Positions 26,309-40,469 of a DNA stretch of 64,000 bases are shown here, piece by piece (the first letter of the stretch is position 1; every line of letters starts with the position of its first letter). The stretch covers positions 31,436,001 to 31,500,000 of the forward strand of contig CM097885.1 of NCBI GenBank assembly GCA_044892525.1. The letters run 5' to 3'. The notes below the pieces were generated by a model. It made no database searches. It was given only the letters and a program-made list of their open reading frames with translations, and was not told the origin of the DNA. The stretch is from Schmidtea polychroa. Its lineage: Eukaryota. The position numbers were made by a program, and so were the translations under genes.

Positions 26309-27950
26309 GAACACATTTGTATGATTATTATTTTATAATTAAAAAACTAAAAACTCATTACACTTGTTCTCAACAATGTCAGCCTTTAGAAAATGAATTT
26401 AGAAATATCTTTCAGCAAAATGCACGGCAACAGGTCTCTATCTTTTAAATAATTTAACACTTGATAAAAACTATATAAAAACTTTGATCAATAGTCGAAA
26501 ACTAAATGAAGATAAATGAAATTCTAAATAAATTAACAACTTTTTGGCATTTTGTAATGATTTTAATCTATTGTCAACTTTTATTCCAATCATTATTCTA
26601 AATTTTAATTGTAAATCATAGATAATTTTTTAATTTTTATTAAGAATCTAAAGATATATAGTGGAATATTCCAATTGTAATTAACAGATCACAAGACGAT
26701 TTTTATTAAACTTTTGATTATATTACTTATGAAATGTATTTGGATATTTAAAAAAAATAAATCTCATAGAGAGGTCTTGTTCCAAATTAAACTCAAAATG
26801 ATCAAATAAATTTGTTTATAGTGTTGCCATTTAGTTCTGACCACCTTTCCTTAACCCTTACTCCATGAATTTAATAATCATCGGTGTAGTTGGAGTTTTC
26901 TCGTTCGGAGGGGTCCCTAAGTTTGTACTCGAGTTAATACACAAATTTGTTTATACACAAGTGGCAACGCTAAGTTATTTGACGTCCGAGATCAAGCTTA
27001 CGGATTCATTTCCTCAAATTATGGTTATGAATTTGTTACCACTTCATAAGGTAGTAAAAATAAAAAATGATTTTGTTGAGTATTCTTAAATAATAAGATT
27101 CAATAATTATTACACGAAAAAAATGATCAAGGGAAGATGTATGAAATGGAGGGTTGGTTCTTCCAGAATTCTTAGAAAAGAAAACTCATAAAAAGAAATT
27201 GAAAATGAAAGAAAAATAACATTCAATAAAAATTAAACAATGATATACAAAAAAGGTCGTTCTTAATTAACAAATACAAACTGAAAAAGTGGTTGGATAC
27301 ATGTAATCCATATTTTACCCTTTCGTGCTGTTTCCAGCGTAACTCAGAATACAAGGTTGCTTTATTAAGATTGCATTCTCCTTAAAGGAAATTTCAAATG
27401 GCATCAATTAAAAATGAATATAATCCATATATAACATTTGATTGCACTGCGCAGAAATCAGTGCTCGAATCGTTATCAAAGCTACAAATGGATTTAATCA
27501 TTATTGCAAGCGCTGAAAAACAAACCTCTTTTTCAAAAAATGATGTCAAAAAACAATAACATTCGTCAGCACTCGGCCGAAATATGCCTGATTGAGATTA
27601 AAAAAATTAATTAGATTTGTTGATATAGGATCGTAAATAAAGCTGGATGATGACCTGCGATGCAGCTGGAACCAACTCAGGACGCAGTTGCGGCAGCCAT
27701 CTATATTGATGGAATCACTTGTGGGACGAAGAAGAGAACCAATGAAATGGATGGGAGAGCCGTAGTACTTCTCAGCAAAATTCTCGAAAACTGTAAGCAT
27801 AATATGATACATTCCGATTTGGAATGTATCTATGAAATAATATATGCCACAGATATGGATGCCGACTATGAACAATCTAGAGCAGAATCCGGAAACTTGT
27901 CAGATGGCCGAATTCGAAAACATGCCGATACCTTGAGAGCGTGATGCTGC

Positions 27951-28760
27951 TGTTGGGCTAGAACTGATTTCTAGACCCAAAAACTCTAATTTGTGACTAA
28001 GGTGCGTGGGTACATAGCACGCAAATAGCAATAAGTTCAGTTAAATATAAAAAATACATCAAATAAACAATATTAATTAAGAAGAAAAACAACAAAAATA
28101 TAAACACAGAAATTGAATAAAATGATATCAATGCAAGAAGTAGTGCAAGAAACTAACTCATAAATAGCAAAGAAACACAAAATTACAAAAACAGACTCGA
28201 ATAGCTTAGAAAGATGGTAAAACATTAAAAATTCTAAAAAAAATCCCAGAACATTTCATAAGAATGGCGACAACCATCATAAAAGTCACATAGATCAATA
28301 TAAGTTAACAAAAATAAATAAATTAGTTATAAAAATAAAAATCTGAAAAAAGAAATTAAGAAAATATCATTAAAATAAAAATTAATTTAAAATTAATATG
28401 GAATGTTCTGGAATCGTTCCAAATCCATCATAAAGGTAAATTTAGCAAAAAATAATTAGAAAATAAAAATTTAAAAATAAAAATAAAAATTATGGCACTA
28501 AAATTGCCATTAAAAATATCAAAAATAGGAAATTCTAGAATAAAAAGAATTCGAGTTTGTTTTAATGCATCAATACATACACGTGTACTTGCACACACAA
28601 AAATAGGTATATTTACCAACGCATTTTAGTCACAAAACACTCTTTATGCCAAAAACCTTTTTGACAATATTTGGAACAACCACGAATTGTAAGGAATCTT
28701 TGATTGTTTTATTGTTATAATTGTATTATTATAAATTTATATGATTATCCTCATGTTCTT
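27951..28760 (+). repeat. LTR-like fragment, family A, copy 2 (3' limit approximate)
   Basis: Starts TGTTGGGCTAGAACTGATTTCTAGACCC; diverged copy of 9633-10450. Confidence 0.65.
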
Positions 28761-30126
28761 ATTAATATTACCATGACTGAGTTTAATTTTCGATTTTTTT
28801 TGTTTATTTATTTTATTTTATGCTAAAACAAGAGTGATAAACGTCGTCGTAGACGCATTTAGCTCGCGACGTTGACCAGCCTTGGTTTCAACTTAAAATT
28901 CTTTTCATGCACAAAAGAATGGTCTACGACCCCACATGCACTAAAATTAAAGTTTTCATAGCCAGAGGTCGCCACGAACTAATGGTGTTCAACCAGGAGT
29001 AGGGCGGGTAAAATCCATCTTGGTAGTTGAGATAGTCACAGGGACTATGCGGACGAATTAAATTTTGGGATATTAATCATGGGGACATACCACAATAGGG
29101 CCTTTCGTACCGTATTCAGTGTAATCGGGAAAATAGGTAAATTTTAATTAATTTGACCTTTTCATAATTCACATATGTAATCTGTACGCTCAACTTCACT
29201 ATAGAGAACACCACATTAGCGAAATCTAAACGGGAAATATCCCAGACTCAATATTATACAAAGATACTTTGGTAGTCGGTTAATTGCACGAAATAGCTCA
29301 AATGTTTAATATGCTTAATCTCGAATATTATTAATATACTATTGAATAACCAATTGATAATTAAAAACCCGAATCTAGACCAAGTTCAATAAACCCAAGA
29401 TATTATGTAATTATCCATTTTATGATACCTTAATTTTGATAAATTTAATACCCTTGAAAGTAATATTGAACGAATCCTATATAATGTCATAAAAATAATT
29501 TGAAATATAATATTATAGGTCGATTATTTTATAATATCCTTATATCGCCTCCTAAAATTCATATTTAGAAAATCCTAGCCGGAATTTAATGCCTCTTCGA
29601 ATAAATTATATTTCTACTATACTATTTCAGAAAACTATATCTTGGTTCGAAAACTTAAAATCCACTTCGAGGTAACATAACTTTTCCTTATATGATGTTA
29701 TAAAAATTAATATTAGAAGGCTAATAGTGTAACAACCCTAAAATAATTTTTAACGAACCACCTATCATCATATAGTAGTACAAAATTAAATGTTTAGAAA
29801 ACCTAATTATTATCTAAAAGTCTACTACACTTAGAAATATCACGGAATAAATTATCTTTTCATCATTTAGGATCTTAACAACTAGCCAAAATTATATTCG
29901 AAAGCTTAATTTCGCCAGAAATACCTTATACGACTTTTATATTCACCCCTCAAGGTCTATGTCATGTGACTAATACCCCAAACGTGCACGATCTTTATTT
30001 TACACATTAACATCTAGATTTTTACACTTCCTAAAATGTAATCCTTATTTTGTGGCTATCTGATTAATTATAAAATAATTCCTAAATTATTTCGTAAAAT
30101 TTTTTTATGTTTATTTTTATATGTAC

Positions 30127-31121
30127 TGTTGGGTTATTGAGTTGGTGATAAAATTTAATGTTACTCTGACTCCAAGTGTGTCTTTATATAATTCACAATT
30201 AACACTTGACAACAGAAATCTTTATTGATAATCACAAATAAACTTTCACTTGACACTGACAATAAATTCAACACTCTACTTGGTGACTATACAATGCTTA
30301 TTACAACACTCTGTGAGGAATAGCACTTGTGTATAACACCGGATTAAAAGATCACAAATTACTGATTGGTTTCTAAACTGGAATTTTGAGCTGGTTGTTT
30401 TCTTTGACTTTCTTCCAAACTTTATTCAAATAATCAATAACTTCTTTTCGTTTTATTATTCAACTAATTCTTTTCTTTAACTCTTCTCCAATAATTATTT
30501 TCCACAATTATTTTCCTTTACAATCGTTTGTCGAACAACGTTTCGTCCAACGTCTAATTTTCTCCAATATTTTTATCTCTCAAATCGTCTCTCAAATCGT
30601 ATCTCAAATCGTCTCTCAAATTGTCTCTCAAATCGTCTTCCAAATAGTTTTTAATTTCGCGTCACCTTGTCTCTAATTTTTCTTCTAATTCTGTTCCTCT
30701 TTTGTTCTCTTTTCATGTTCACCAGTTTTCCCTTATATAGTTCGCTTCTCTTGTGGCACTCCAGATAATCAAGTGTTTTTCCACTTTCCTTCTCCTGCTT
30801 TCCCCGACTGTCCCATTTTTATCTCTGACAGCTGTCAAGTTGTTTTTCCTTTTTTCCTTTCTTGTTTGGCCGCCTTCTCCCATCAATTCTATTATCACTC
30901 GCAAGCTGTCGAGATAAGGATATTGTTGTTTTCCTTTTTCCTCGATTTCAAAATTCCTTTTCCTTTCTGTACTAATTAATTAGTACTGACCTTGATTTTT
31001 ATTTTCCTGTTTGATAACTTTTATTTCCTTTCTCTTTCTCAGTTTTAATTTCTTTTCACTTCCGTTTTCTTTTCTGAGTTTCTATAGATCGTCCCGTTTG
31101 TCATGGCGATCTTCCCCCAGG
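30127..31121 (+). repeat. LTR plus PBS-like sequence, family B, copy 2
   Basis: High-identity inverted copy of 11556-12522; TG...CA end at 31103, PBS-like 31104-31121. Confidence 0.75.
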
Positions 31122-31289
31122 TAATTTTATTTGGACCATATAATCAATAATGGTTACCCAAAGGCTCTAATTTATTTTATTTTTAGATAAATTCACTTAT
31201 ACTTTGTTTAAAAATTAATTTGAACAATTCTTCATAATTAACCCCCCCTCAAGCCGTGGATTGGTAGTCTTACAAAAATATAAATTTTT

Positions 31290-31660
31290 TACATTGATAA
31301 TATTATCACCAGTAGTATCATTAGTATTGTCATTATTACTTTTACAATTTTTACATTGATAATATTATCCTCATTAATATCATTATTATTGCCATTATTA
31401 CTTTTACAAATTTTACCTTAATAATATTATCATCATTAATATCATTATTATTGCCATTATTACTTTTACAAATTTTACCTTAATAATATTATCATCATTA
31501 ATATCATTATTATTGCCATTATTACTTTTACAAATTTTACCTTAATAATATTATCATCATTAATATCATTATTATAGTCATTAGTACTTTTACAATTTTT
31601 ACCTTAATGGTAGTATCATCATTAATATTATTATGATTGTCATTATTATTTTTACGATTT
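31290..31660. repeat. Tandem repeat, ~61-bp unit, ~6 copies
   Basis: TTACTTTTACAAATTTTACCTTAATAATATTATCATCATTAATATCATTATTATTGCCATTA repeated. Confidence 0.9.
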
Positions 31661-31919
31661 TTCTTTTAACTCAGTCGCTCCCACTAATGTTATTATATTT
31701 TTAAAATAATCCTTATTTTATAAAAATAATATTATAAACAAAGTGTTAATGTTGGAAATTCCTTATCTCTAAATTTAACTTCAATAGTCCTATCTCCCAA
31801 TAAAATTACCAAAACCCCCCTAATCTATTTTTAGTAACAACCCCCACCCCAAAGTAATGTAATGATGTAAGTTGTATATATATATATATATATACAACTA
31901 AATCCAGGATATAAAAATT

Positions 31920-34696
31920 TCTATAATCTAAAAAAAATCGATAAATTATACTATAGCAACACACAAACTTACCTGTGTGCAAAAATTTAATGTTCCGAAT
32001 GTTAAAAGTTTTATTATAGGAATTGAGAAAGTAACAGAAAAATAATTTTACATACAAACACAGCACACATAATATAAAATACATGTAAATTTAATATAGC
32101 TTTTTTTATTCCGAAAGTAGAAAGTCATTAACATATTGTTAACATATCATTATTTTTAATATATTAAAATTCATGGCAGAAAAAATTTTGGATTTTCAAT
32201 CGGACAACTCTACTTTGAGTTTTCAATAAAAGAACGACAAGACATCGTAAAATCTATTTATAAAATATTTTTGAAGTTATTATTTCTTTAGATTTTTAGA
32301 TAAAACTCGAAAATCGTAAATTTTTATAACTTGTATAAAAAAATGATAATTTCATAGTATTACATAAAATGACAAAATTTACCATATAAATGAGCTGGAG
32401 AAAGAACATTACAAAAACTTAAAAAACTACTCCGCTTTTTTCTTAAGTGTCTTAAAAAAATAAATGTTTTTGGTGATTTCTTTATTTATTCATAGTTAAA
32501 AATATTAATCTAACTTACATTTTATTAAAATAATTCCAAATAAATTCATAGTTATAAAAATTCTATAAAAATCCTGAAAATTAATTAAAAATAATTTATA
32601 ATCAAAATGTTGACTACAAGTAACATTTAAAAGCTTGAATAGTGATCTCATAATTTTATAAAATCAAAATTCCAACCTTAAAAGTTACTGAAATTAAAAA
32701 AACTTACTTGTAAAATTGAATAAATGAAATGAAGTAAATAACTTCACATTCTCATAAATGGTGAGTCATCAACTGATGAACACACCAACGTGTACACCTA
32801 ACCGCGAAATATAACATTATCTATAATCTAAAAAAAAATCAATAAATGTATATTATAGGAACACACCAACTTACCTGTGTGTAGAAATTTAAGGCTGCGA
32901 AATTTAACATTATTATTATAGGAATCTAAAAAGTGAGAGAAAATAATTAAGCATACAAGCACAGCACACATAATGAAAAATACATACAAAATTAAGTAAA
33001 GTGTTTTTCATGCGAAATATACATTGATTAACATATAATTAACATATCAATATTTTCAAATTATTTAAAAAGTTATGTACAAAAAAACTTTTGAATCAGA
33101 TTCTGACTGCTCTACCTTGAGCTTTAGGGAAAAAGAAGTAAATACATCGTAAGATTTAATTATAAAATAATTTAGAATATAAAATTTCTTTAGATTTACA
33201 GATATTGAAGAAGATCCTTCGACATCTTTGAATTTGCAGCAAAAAAATCGCAAATCGTAAATTTTAATAAATTATTTTAACAAATTAATATTTTCATAGA
33301 ATTACAGAAATAGACAAAAAATTCGAAAGAAGATTACAAAAACTTAAAAAATATTTTATCCATTCTTTACTAAATGTCTTTAAAAAATAAATGTTTAGTG
33401 ATTACTTTACTTATTTATAATTATAAAAATATCTAACTTACAATTTTACGAAATAAATCCAAATAAATCCAAATAAATCCAAATAAAATACCATAAAATT
33501 CCTAAAAAAACACCTGAAATTTAATTATCAATGTTATATATTATCAAGATTATAAATGCTGACTAACAGTAATATTTAAGAACTTGAATAATGATCTCAT
33601 AATAATATAAAATCAAAATTCAAGTCCTAAAAATTACTTTAATTCAAAAACTTACCTTTAAACGAATTTTGGAAAATTGAATAAATGAAATTAAGTTAAC
33701 ATTGTCATATAATTGGTGACTCACCAATGGTGGTGTGCACACCAACGTATATTATACACCCGTTTCCACATGTTAAAAGTCTCTATAATGCATGTTGGTG
33801 TGTTCATCAATCGATGACTCACCATTTATGAGAATGTTTATTTCATTTTTTCATTCTCAATTCAATTTTATTTATGTTGAGATCATTATTCAAGCTCTTA
33901 AATATTACTTGTAATCAGCATTTATAATATATTTATAATATATTGATAATTAAATTTCAGGTGCTTTTTTAGGTATTTTATGATATGTTATGAATTTGGA
34001 ATTATTTCAATAAAATGTAAGTTATATATATTTTTAACTAAAAAGAAATAAAATAATCACCAAATACATTTATTTTTTTCAAACATTTAGGAAAAAATCG
34101 GCGTATATGAACGAAATAGTTTTTTAAGTTTTTGTAATCTTCTTTCTCCAGCTCATTTTCAATAGCCTCTTTGACTATATCAAATCGGCTTGGAAAGGAC
34201 ATGGTTTCAATCGATTTTTTGGAGATTCCCAGTAATCTTCCAAAATCTTTATAATTTTCTTTATTTTCATATGCATTGATGAGACGGATTTTATCATTTT
34301 CTGAAATTCTTTGAAAATATTATTTTTTTAAAATAAGTTATTAAAATTTACGATTTTCGAATTTTTTTCTTCAATTATAAAGATGTCGATGGAACTTGTT
34401 GAATATCTTCACACAAAGGCGTTTGACTAGAAATATCTGATATGCTGTAAAATATTTTAATTATTTGTAATTAAATAAAAAAATTCTTACATTGTCAGAT
34501 CTTCACCTTCGCAAAATGGAAATGTCTCCAAAGAAATATCTGAAAATCTAAAGAAATATTAACTTCAAAAATATTTTATAAATAGATCTTACGATGTTTT
34601 GTCGTCCATTTCTCGAAAACTCAAAGTTGAGTTGTCAGATTCAAAATCCAAATTTTTTTCAGCCATGAATTTTAATAATTTTAAATTAATGATATG
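31920..34696. repeat. ~0.9-1 kb unit present three times: two tandem copies and one inverted copy that continues at 50951-51230
   Basis: 32745-32790 is the reverse complement of 33790-33837; 32085-32150 is the reverse complement of 50945-51010. Confidence 0.85.
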
Positions 34697-35896
34697 AGTA
34701 GGTAGAAACTAGCCCACGGGAACAATTACCCCCCCCCCCCGGGGGGGGGGGGGGTTGTTCCCAACTTTTTATTACGCAATTGTTCCCAACTCATTTTTTT
34801 GCTTTCAGGGATTTTTGGTCCAAATTTTTTTTTATCAGACTATAGTGAGAGGGTCTCGATGGTCCTGGGATTTTCAATACAAAAAATTTTTTTCAATACA
34901 AAAACGATGGTCCTGGGATTTTCAATACAAAAAATTTTTTTCAATACAAAAATCCGACTACCACTAAAAAAGCCAAGGATTTTTCAGACTATAGTGAGGT
35001 GGGTCTCCTTGGTCCTGAGAAATAGGTGGTCTACACTAAAAAAAAGCCAAGGAATTTTCAGACTATAGTGAGGTGGTCTCCTTGGTCCTGAGAAATAGGT
35101 GGTCTACACTAAAAAACGTGGTAAATTTTTCAATTGAAGTAAATAATGGTCCTAAAAATTAAATTAAAGTAAATAATGGTTCTAAAAATTGAATTACAGT
35201 AAATTATGGTCTAAAAATTAAATTACAGTAAATGATGGTCAAAATTTTTGAATTACAGTAAATTATGGTCAAAATTTTTGAATTACAGTAAATGATGGTC
35301 AAAATTTTTGAATTACAGTAAATTATGGTCAAAATTTTTGAATTACAGTAAATTATGGTCTAAAAATTAAATTACAGTAAATTATGGTCAAAATTTTGAA
35401 TTACAGTAAATTATGGTCTAAAAATTAAATTACAGTAAATGATGGTCAAAATTTTTGAATTACAATAAATTATGGTCAAAATTTTTCAATTACAGTAAAA
35501 TAAGGTCCAATTTTTCAATTAAAGTAAATAATGGTCCTAAAAATTAAATTAAAGTAAATTATGGTCCTTAAAATTAAATTAAAGTAAATTATGGTCCTAA
35601 AAAATTAAATTAAAGTAAATTAAGGTTCTAAAAAATTAAATTAAAGTTAATTAAGGTCTAAATTTTAAATTAAAGTTAATTAAGGTCTAAATTTAAAATT
35701 AAGTAATCAATGGTAAAAAATTTTAAATAAGTAATAATTTTTAAATAAGTAAATTAAAGTAATGTAATAAGTAAATTAAAGTAATATTTTAAAATTTATT
35801 AACAAAAAGTTGAAGGTGTTTGAGAATTGAAATTTTTTAATGGAAATTTTTATGGAATAATTTTTTTAAGTAATTTTTAATGGAAATTTTTAATGA

Positions 35897-35957
<61 letters not shown>

Positions 35958-36045
35958 GTAATAATATATCAACCAAATACATAAAAATGAACTATACACA
36001 TAAAACACAAACAAATAACAAATGTAAAGATATAAAATTTATTCA
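34697..36045 (+). repeat. Left TIR (~1.35 kb) with C/G hairpin, sub-repeats, ~29-bp tandem array and (AAT)n
   Basis: Reverse complement of the right end up to the pPolB stop region. Confidence 0.92.
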
Positions 36046-36051
36046 ATAAAA

Positions 36052-39000
36052 TTAGTCCTCATCGGACAAAATAACGTCATCGATATCGATGTCATCTTCT
36101 CCAAAATCTTCATTTAATTCTTCCTCATCTTCTCCAAAATCTTCATTTAATTCTTCCTCATCTTCTCCATCATTTTCTCCAACATTTTCTGAAACATTTT
36201 CTGCAACAATTTCTGCAACATTTTCTGCAACATTTTCTCCAATATTTAATTCACTTAATCTTACATGCCCATATGCAAGACTAGCATTTTTCCCCACCCA
36301 AACCCTTTTGTCGTCTTTGTTTGTTAGTGCTATTTTTGTGTTTTTAATTGTAAAAATTTGATGATTTTTGCTTGTTATTTTAGTCTGAGGAACCGAAAAA
36401 ATCTGGTTAGTGTTATAACAATCCAGGTATGACTGATGTTTTATGTCACTACCTTTCAATGTTACACCTTTAGCCTTTTTTGTTTCCTCATCACCCAACA
36501 AGCTATAACATTTAGGTCTAAGAAAAACCCATTCCTTATATTTAAGACCTTTATTCTCGTCTTTGAACTTTCCAATGACTGAATCAAGGTTCTTACTATA
36601 TAAGGAATGACAACTATTGTAATTGGAAGTATCCAATAAATTATCTCGAATCATTGTAGGTAAAAGAACCTCAAGTTTACAGTTAATGACTTCAAGGAAA
36701 AAAGAATCTGTATCACCTGCAACGATATTAATTTTACAATTAAACTCATTGCGAAATGATTCCAGATCCTTATATTGTAATTCATACATTCTAAGTTTAG
36801 ATAGATCAAGTACAGATTGACCAATGTAACTTGGTCTATCTAAACATATAGAATCTGAATTCAATAATGCAGCGATTAAATTATCGTCTATTTTAATAGA
36901 TTTTTTAAAAGTTGGCTTCGAAGAATATTTAACAAGTTTACCGGCAGTTGTACAAAGACGAAGATTCATTCTTCTCTTTAAATTTTCAACTGTTTTGCCG
37001 TATAAACTGTTATTTAGTAATTTATAATAATTTTTATCTAAGTTATTTATGCTTTTTGACCGTAATTCAGTATTTGTATCTATATATTTTTTAAAAATTG
37101 GAGATTGCTTAAATCTTACACCCCTATTTACATGTGTTACTTTAACACCAAGTTCCAAATATAATTTTAATAATCTCCAATGAATAACATAATTAGATTT
37201 TGGAAGATGAGTTAATAATAATTTTTCAACCTTAGACCCAGCAGGTTTCATTTTTTCAGCAGCTACAGGGAAATCATCCAACTTATCATGAAGCTCAGAA
37301 GGAATTACAAGATCAACTTCAAGTGTGTATCCATAAGACAAAGATTCAAGATTTAAATTCCTACATTCATCCATTATTTTATCAAATCCATCAAGAACCC
37401 AACAAAATTCGCCACAAGGTAATGATTGACTTAAAGCCCACCCATAAAGATTATTAATATCTATATATAGTAACTCGGTGTTGTCGTCGGTTTTTACGTA
37501 ATGCTTATTCACAAAAGTAAGACCGCCTCTTATTCCACCCTCATAAAAGCTAAACATTTCGTTTTCAGTTATGAGTTCAATTGGATCATTTAAAGACATT
37601 AATGCAGAAGACCAAGACATGCCAGGAATTCCGAAATAATTCAAAGGCTCTAATCTATTGTGAGCAATTGATTTCAACCTAAACTGATGAAAGAAATCAG
37701 CCAAAAGAAAACAATCAAGTTTTAGGTAGATCATCATATAATCTAATAAAGTTCTGCAATTAGATTCTACCCAAATCTCCTGAGCTTTTTCATACTCAAG
37801 CTCAGTGACACCCTCCCAGATTGGTGGTAATTCATACGTAGTTTGTAGAACATCTAAAGAAGTGGCGAAATTATAAGGGAAGATTCCTTTTTCACATACT
37901 ATGGTGCCAGAAAAAGCAGAATTAGTAAAAGGCAAAGAATTCAAAGTTTTGACTGCTTTAGCCAAAGAATCATTGACAAATTGATATGAATCAATGAATC
38001 TTAGACTAATTTTGCCTAAATGAGCAATCAAAGATATAAATTTTTCCGTAGTTATTGGGATGCACCCTAAATTCCAATTTTTAAATTTATTTAATCCATA
38101 TTTAAGTATATGATGCATATCGTATCCCTTCAAGTTGTGAAATACGATAGGCAAAATTTTATTTATTTTTCTATTTACGTTACATGTGCTACAAGCTGCA
38201 CCCAAGTATTTGCCTGTAAAATGATCGTGATCCCTAACAGGATCCACGATAGATTTCAAACAAAGATAACAAACCGTTGAATTAATGAATTGTTGTTGCT
38301 CATTTTTAGTTAATTTAATCATTGGTTTCCTACCCATTTTATAATAAAAAGGAAGAACCTTATTTAATGCTATATCCTCTATAGCACTTAAAAAACTCTC
38401 GACGCAATCTAAACCTATGAACTGCTGATAAGATTTAGATCCGTCAAAGTTATTTACTAGTAAAAGACCAGCAGATATTGGCATGTGTCGCTGAAAATGA
38501 TCATTATCACAAGGTAAAATAGCCTCAAAATCGGCATAAACTACGAAAGGAGGAGTTACTGTTTTCGACCAGTCAGTAAACTGTAAGAATTTATTTTGAG
38601 GGAAAGTATAAAGAGTAGTTCCTAATTGATTGCGTTTGCATAATATTTCATGTTTTTCTAGTGCGTTTCTATTGTAAAAACCATTCAAACAACGATGACA
38701 CCATATTGATTGTATGCGTGTAGGACAACTAATGTTTATGTGGCAATTCAGTAACCTATTTAAATTGCTTATAGCAATGTAATGGAAATTGTTCCCTTTA
38801 TTTAATAAAAGTAAATTAATTACTGTTCCATTTAAAACTTTGGAACGATGTATAATGTCTAAATGGGGGTGTTTTAAAACGTAATTATCTATTAATTGTT
38901 TGTTATTGTCATAAGAAAAAACGTTAATTATTAAACCAGGATTTTTGGCCTCGAATTTTCTAATATCTTTTAATTTCATTGGTAAGTCTAATGGATTATA

Positions 39001-40206
39001 TATTAACTCAGATCAATTATAACTGGATGTTCTATTTCTATATTGTTTAATAACTTCATCATATTTTAAAATAGCTAAAATGCTATATAAAAAACATGAA
39101 TCGTCGGTGTTTTTTACATTAATTAAGCAGTTTTTATTTTTTAGACAAGTAGGTAGTTCAATGAAACTCCTACCACTTAATCTACTTAACCTACTTATTT
39201 TCGTTATGGTGAAGTGGATTTCAGTTATTTTTTTTATAATCCAACTACTTCCTAACTCTGTGATATTACTTATTTTCTCGTTTAGTTCCCTAATGCCTTC
39301 GTCAAAAAATGTTGAAGTTAAAGGTTTTGCGTAATTCGAAATATTATTAACCTTTATTTCCCCGTCTTTTTCAAATTCGATTGTTATTCCGAATTGAATT
39401 TTGACGGAGCCTAATTCGTTAATAATATCTCGTAATTTTATAATTAATTGTTCTGGAAATATTATTTCCTTTATATTCAAGTTACTTGTATTTAGACTTA
39501 AAATTTGATGTGTACCCCTTAAATCTTTTTGTACTATGGGTACATTACCTCCTATTTGTACATTAGTAGTCGAAGAGTCGAGTGAAAGATTATCAAATTC
39601 ATTATTGGGTTCATCTACATCCCAAGAGTCGAGTGAAAGATTATCAAATTCATTATTGGGTTCATCTACATCCCAAGAGTCGAGTGAAAGATTATCAAAT
39701 TCATTATTGGGTTCATCTACATCCCAAGAATCGAGTGAAAGATTATCAAATTCATTATAGGATTCATCAACTAATCCGACCTGGGATTCAACAAAAGGCA
39801 ATCCATCATTGGATTCAGCAAAAGACAATCCATCATTGGATTCAGCAAAAGTCAATCCATCATTGGATTCAGCAAAAGACAATCCATCATTGGATTCATC
39901 AACTAATCCGACCTGGGATTCAACAAATGTATTTAATTTAATTTTTTTATTAGTAGTATTTATTTCAATAGTTGAAGGACGTTTAAAAATAACATCTTTT
40001 TTAGAATTGAACCTATCTAAATGTTGTTTATGCTTATTATAGAAAACGCTATATGTTAAGGGCTCGCTAATCTTACATATGGGGCATATAAAAAAAGTTT
40101 TATTATAGTATTTTTTAGAATAATAATTCTCCATTATAGAATGGCAATTATTATGTTCTTTCGACGAACAATAATTTGGGTAAAGTATACCTAAAAATAT
40201 ATACAT
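36052..40206 (-). CDS. polB: Protein-primed family B DNA polymerase with N-terminal extension and endonuclease VII-like insertion; one in-frame TGA at 39013-39015
   Basis: YADFE, FHNLKGYD, YIDINNLYG, KLLNNSLYGK, GDTDS, PKCY; CYLC...DHDHFTG...CSTCN; ORFs 39013-40206 and 36052-38979 are in frame, 11 codons apart. Confidence 0.95.
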
Positions 40207-40469
40207 TTAAAAATTTGGCTAAAAACATGTTTTTTGAATAAATATTTAAGTGTTATTTTAAATGTTGTTGAAAAAATTTTAAAGTTAATAAGTATTTAAT
40301 AAGGGTCAGATTATTATTAAAGAGTACTGCATGCTCACTGCAGACTATTATGTAGCTACGTGCTCACTGTAGACTACATTATTATATTAAAGACTACTGC
40401 ATGCTCACTGCAGACTATTATGTAGCTACGTGCTCACTGTAGACTACATTATTATTATCATTATAAAAA

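Noticed and set aside
27660..27944. 94-aa ORF
   Set aside because: No recognisable motif, surrounded by stops; probably decayed element sequence
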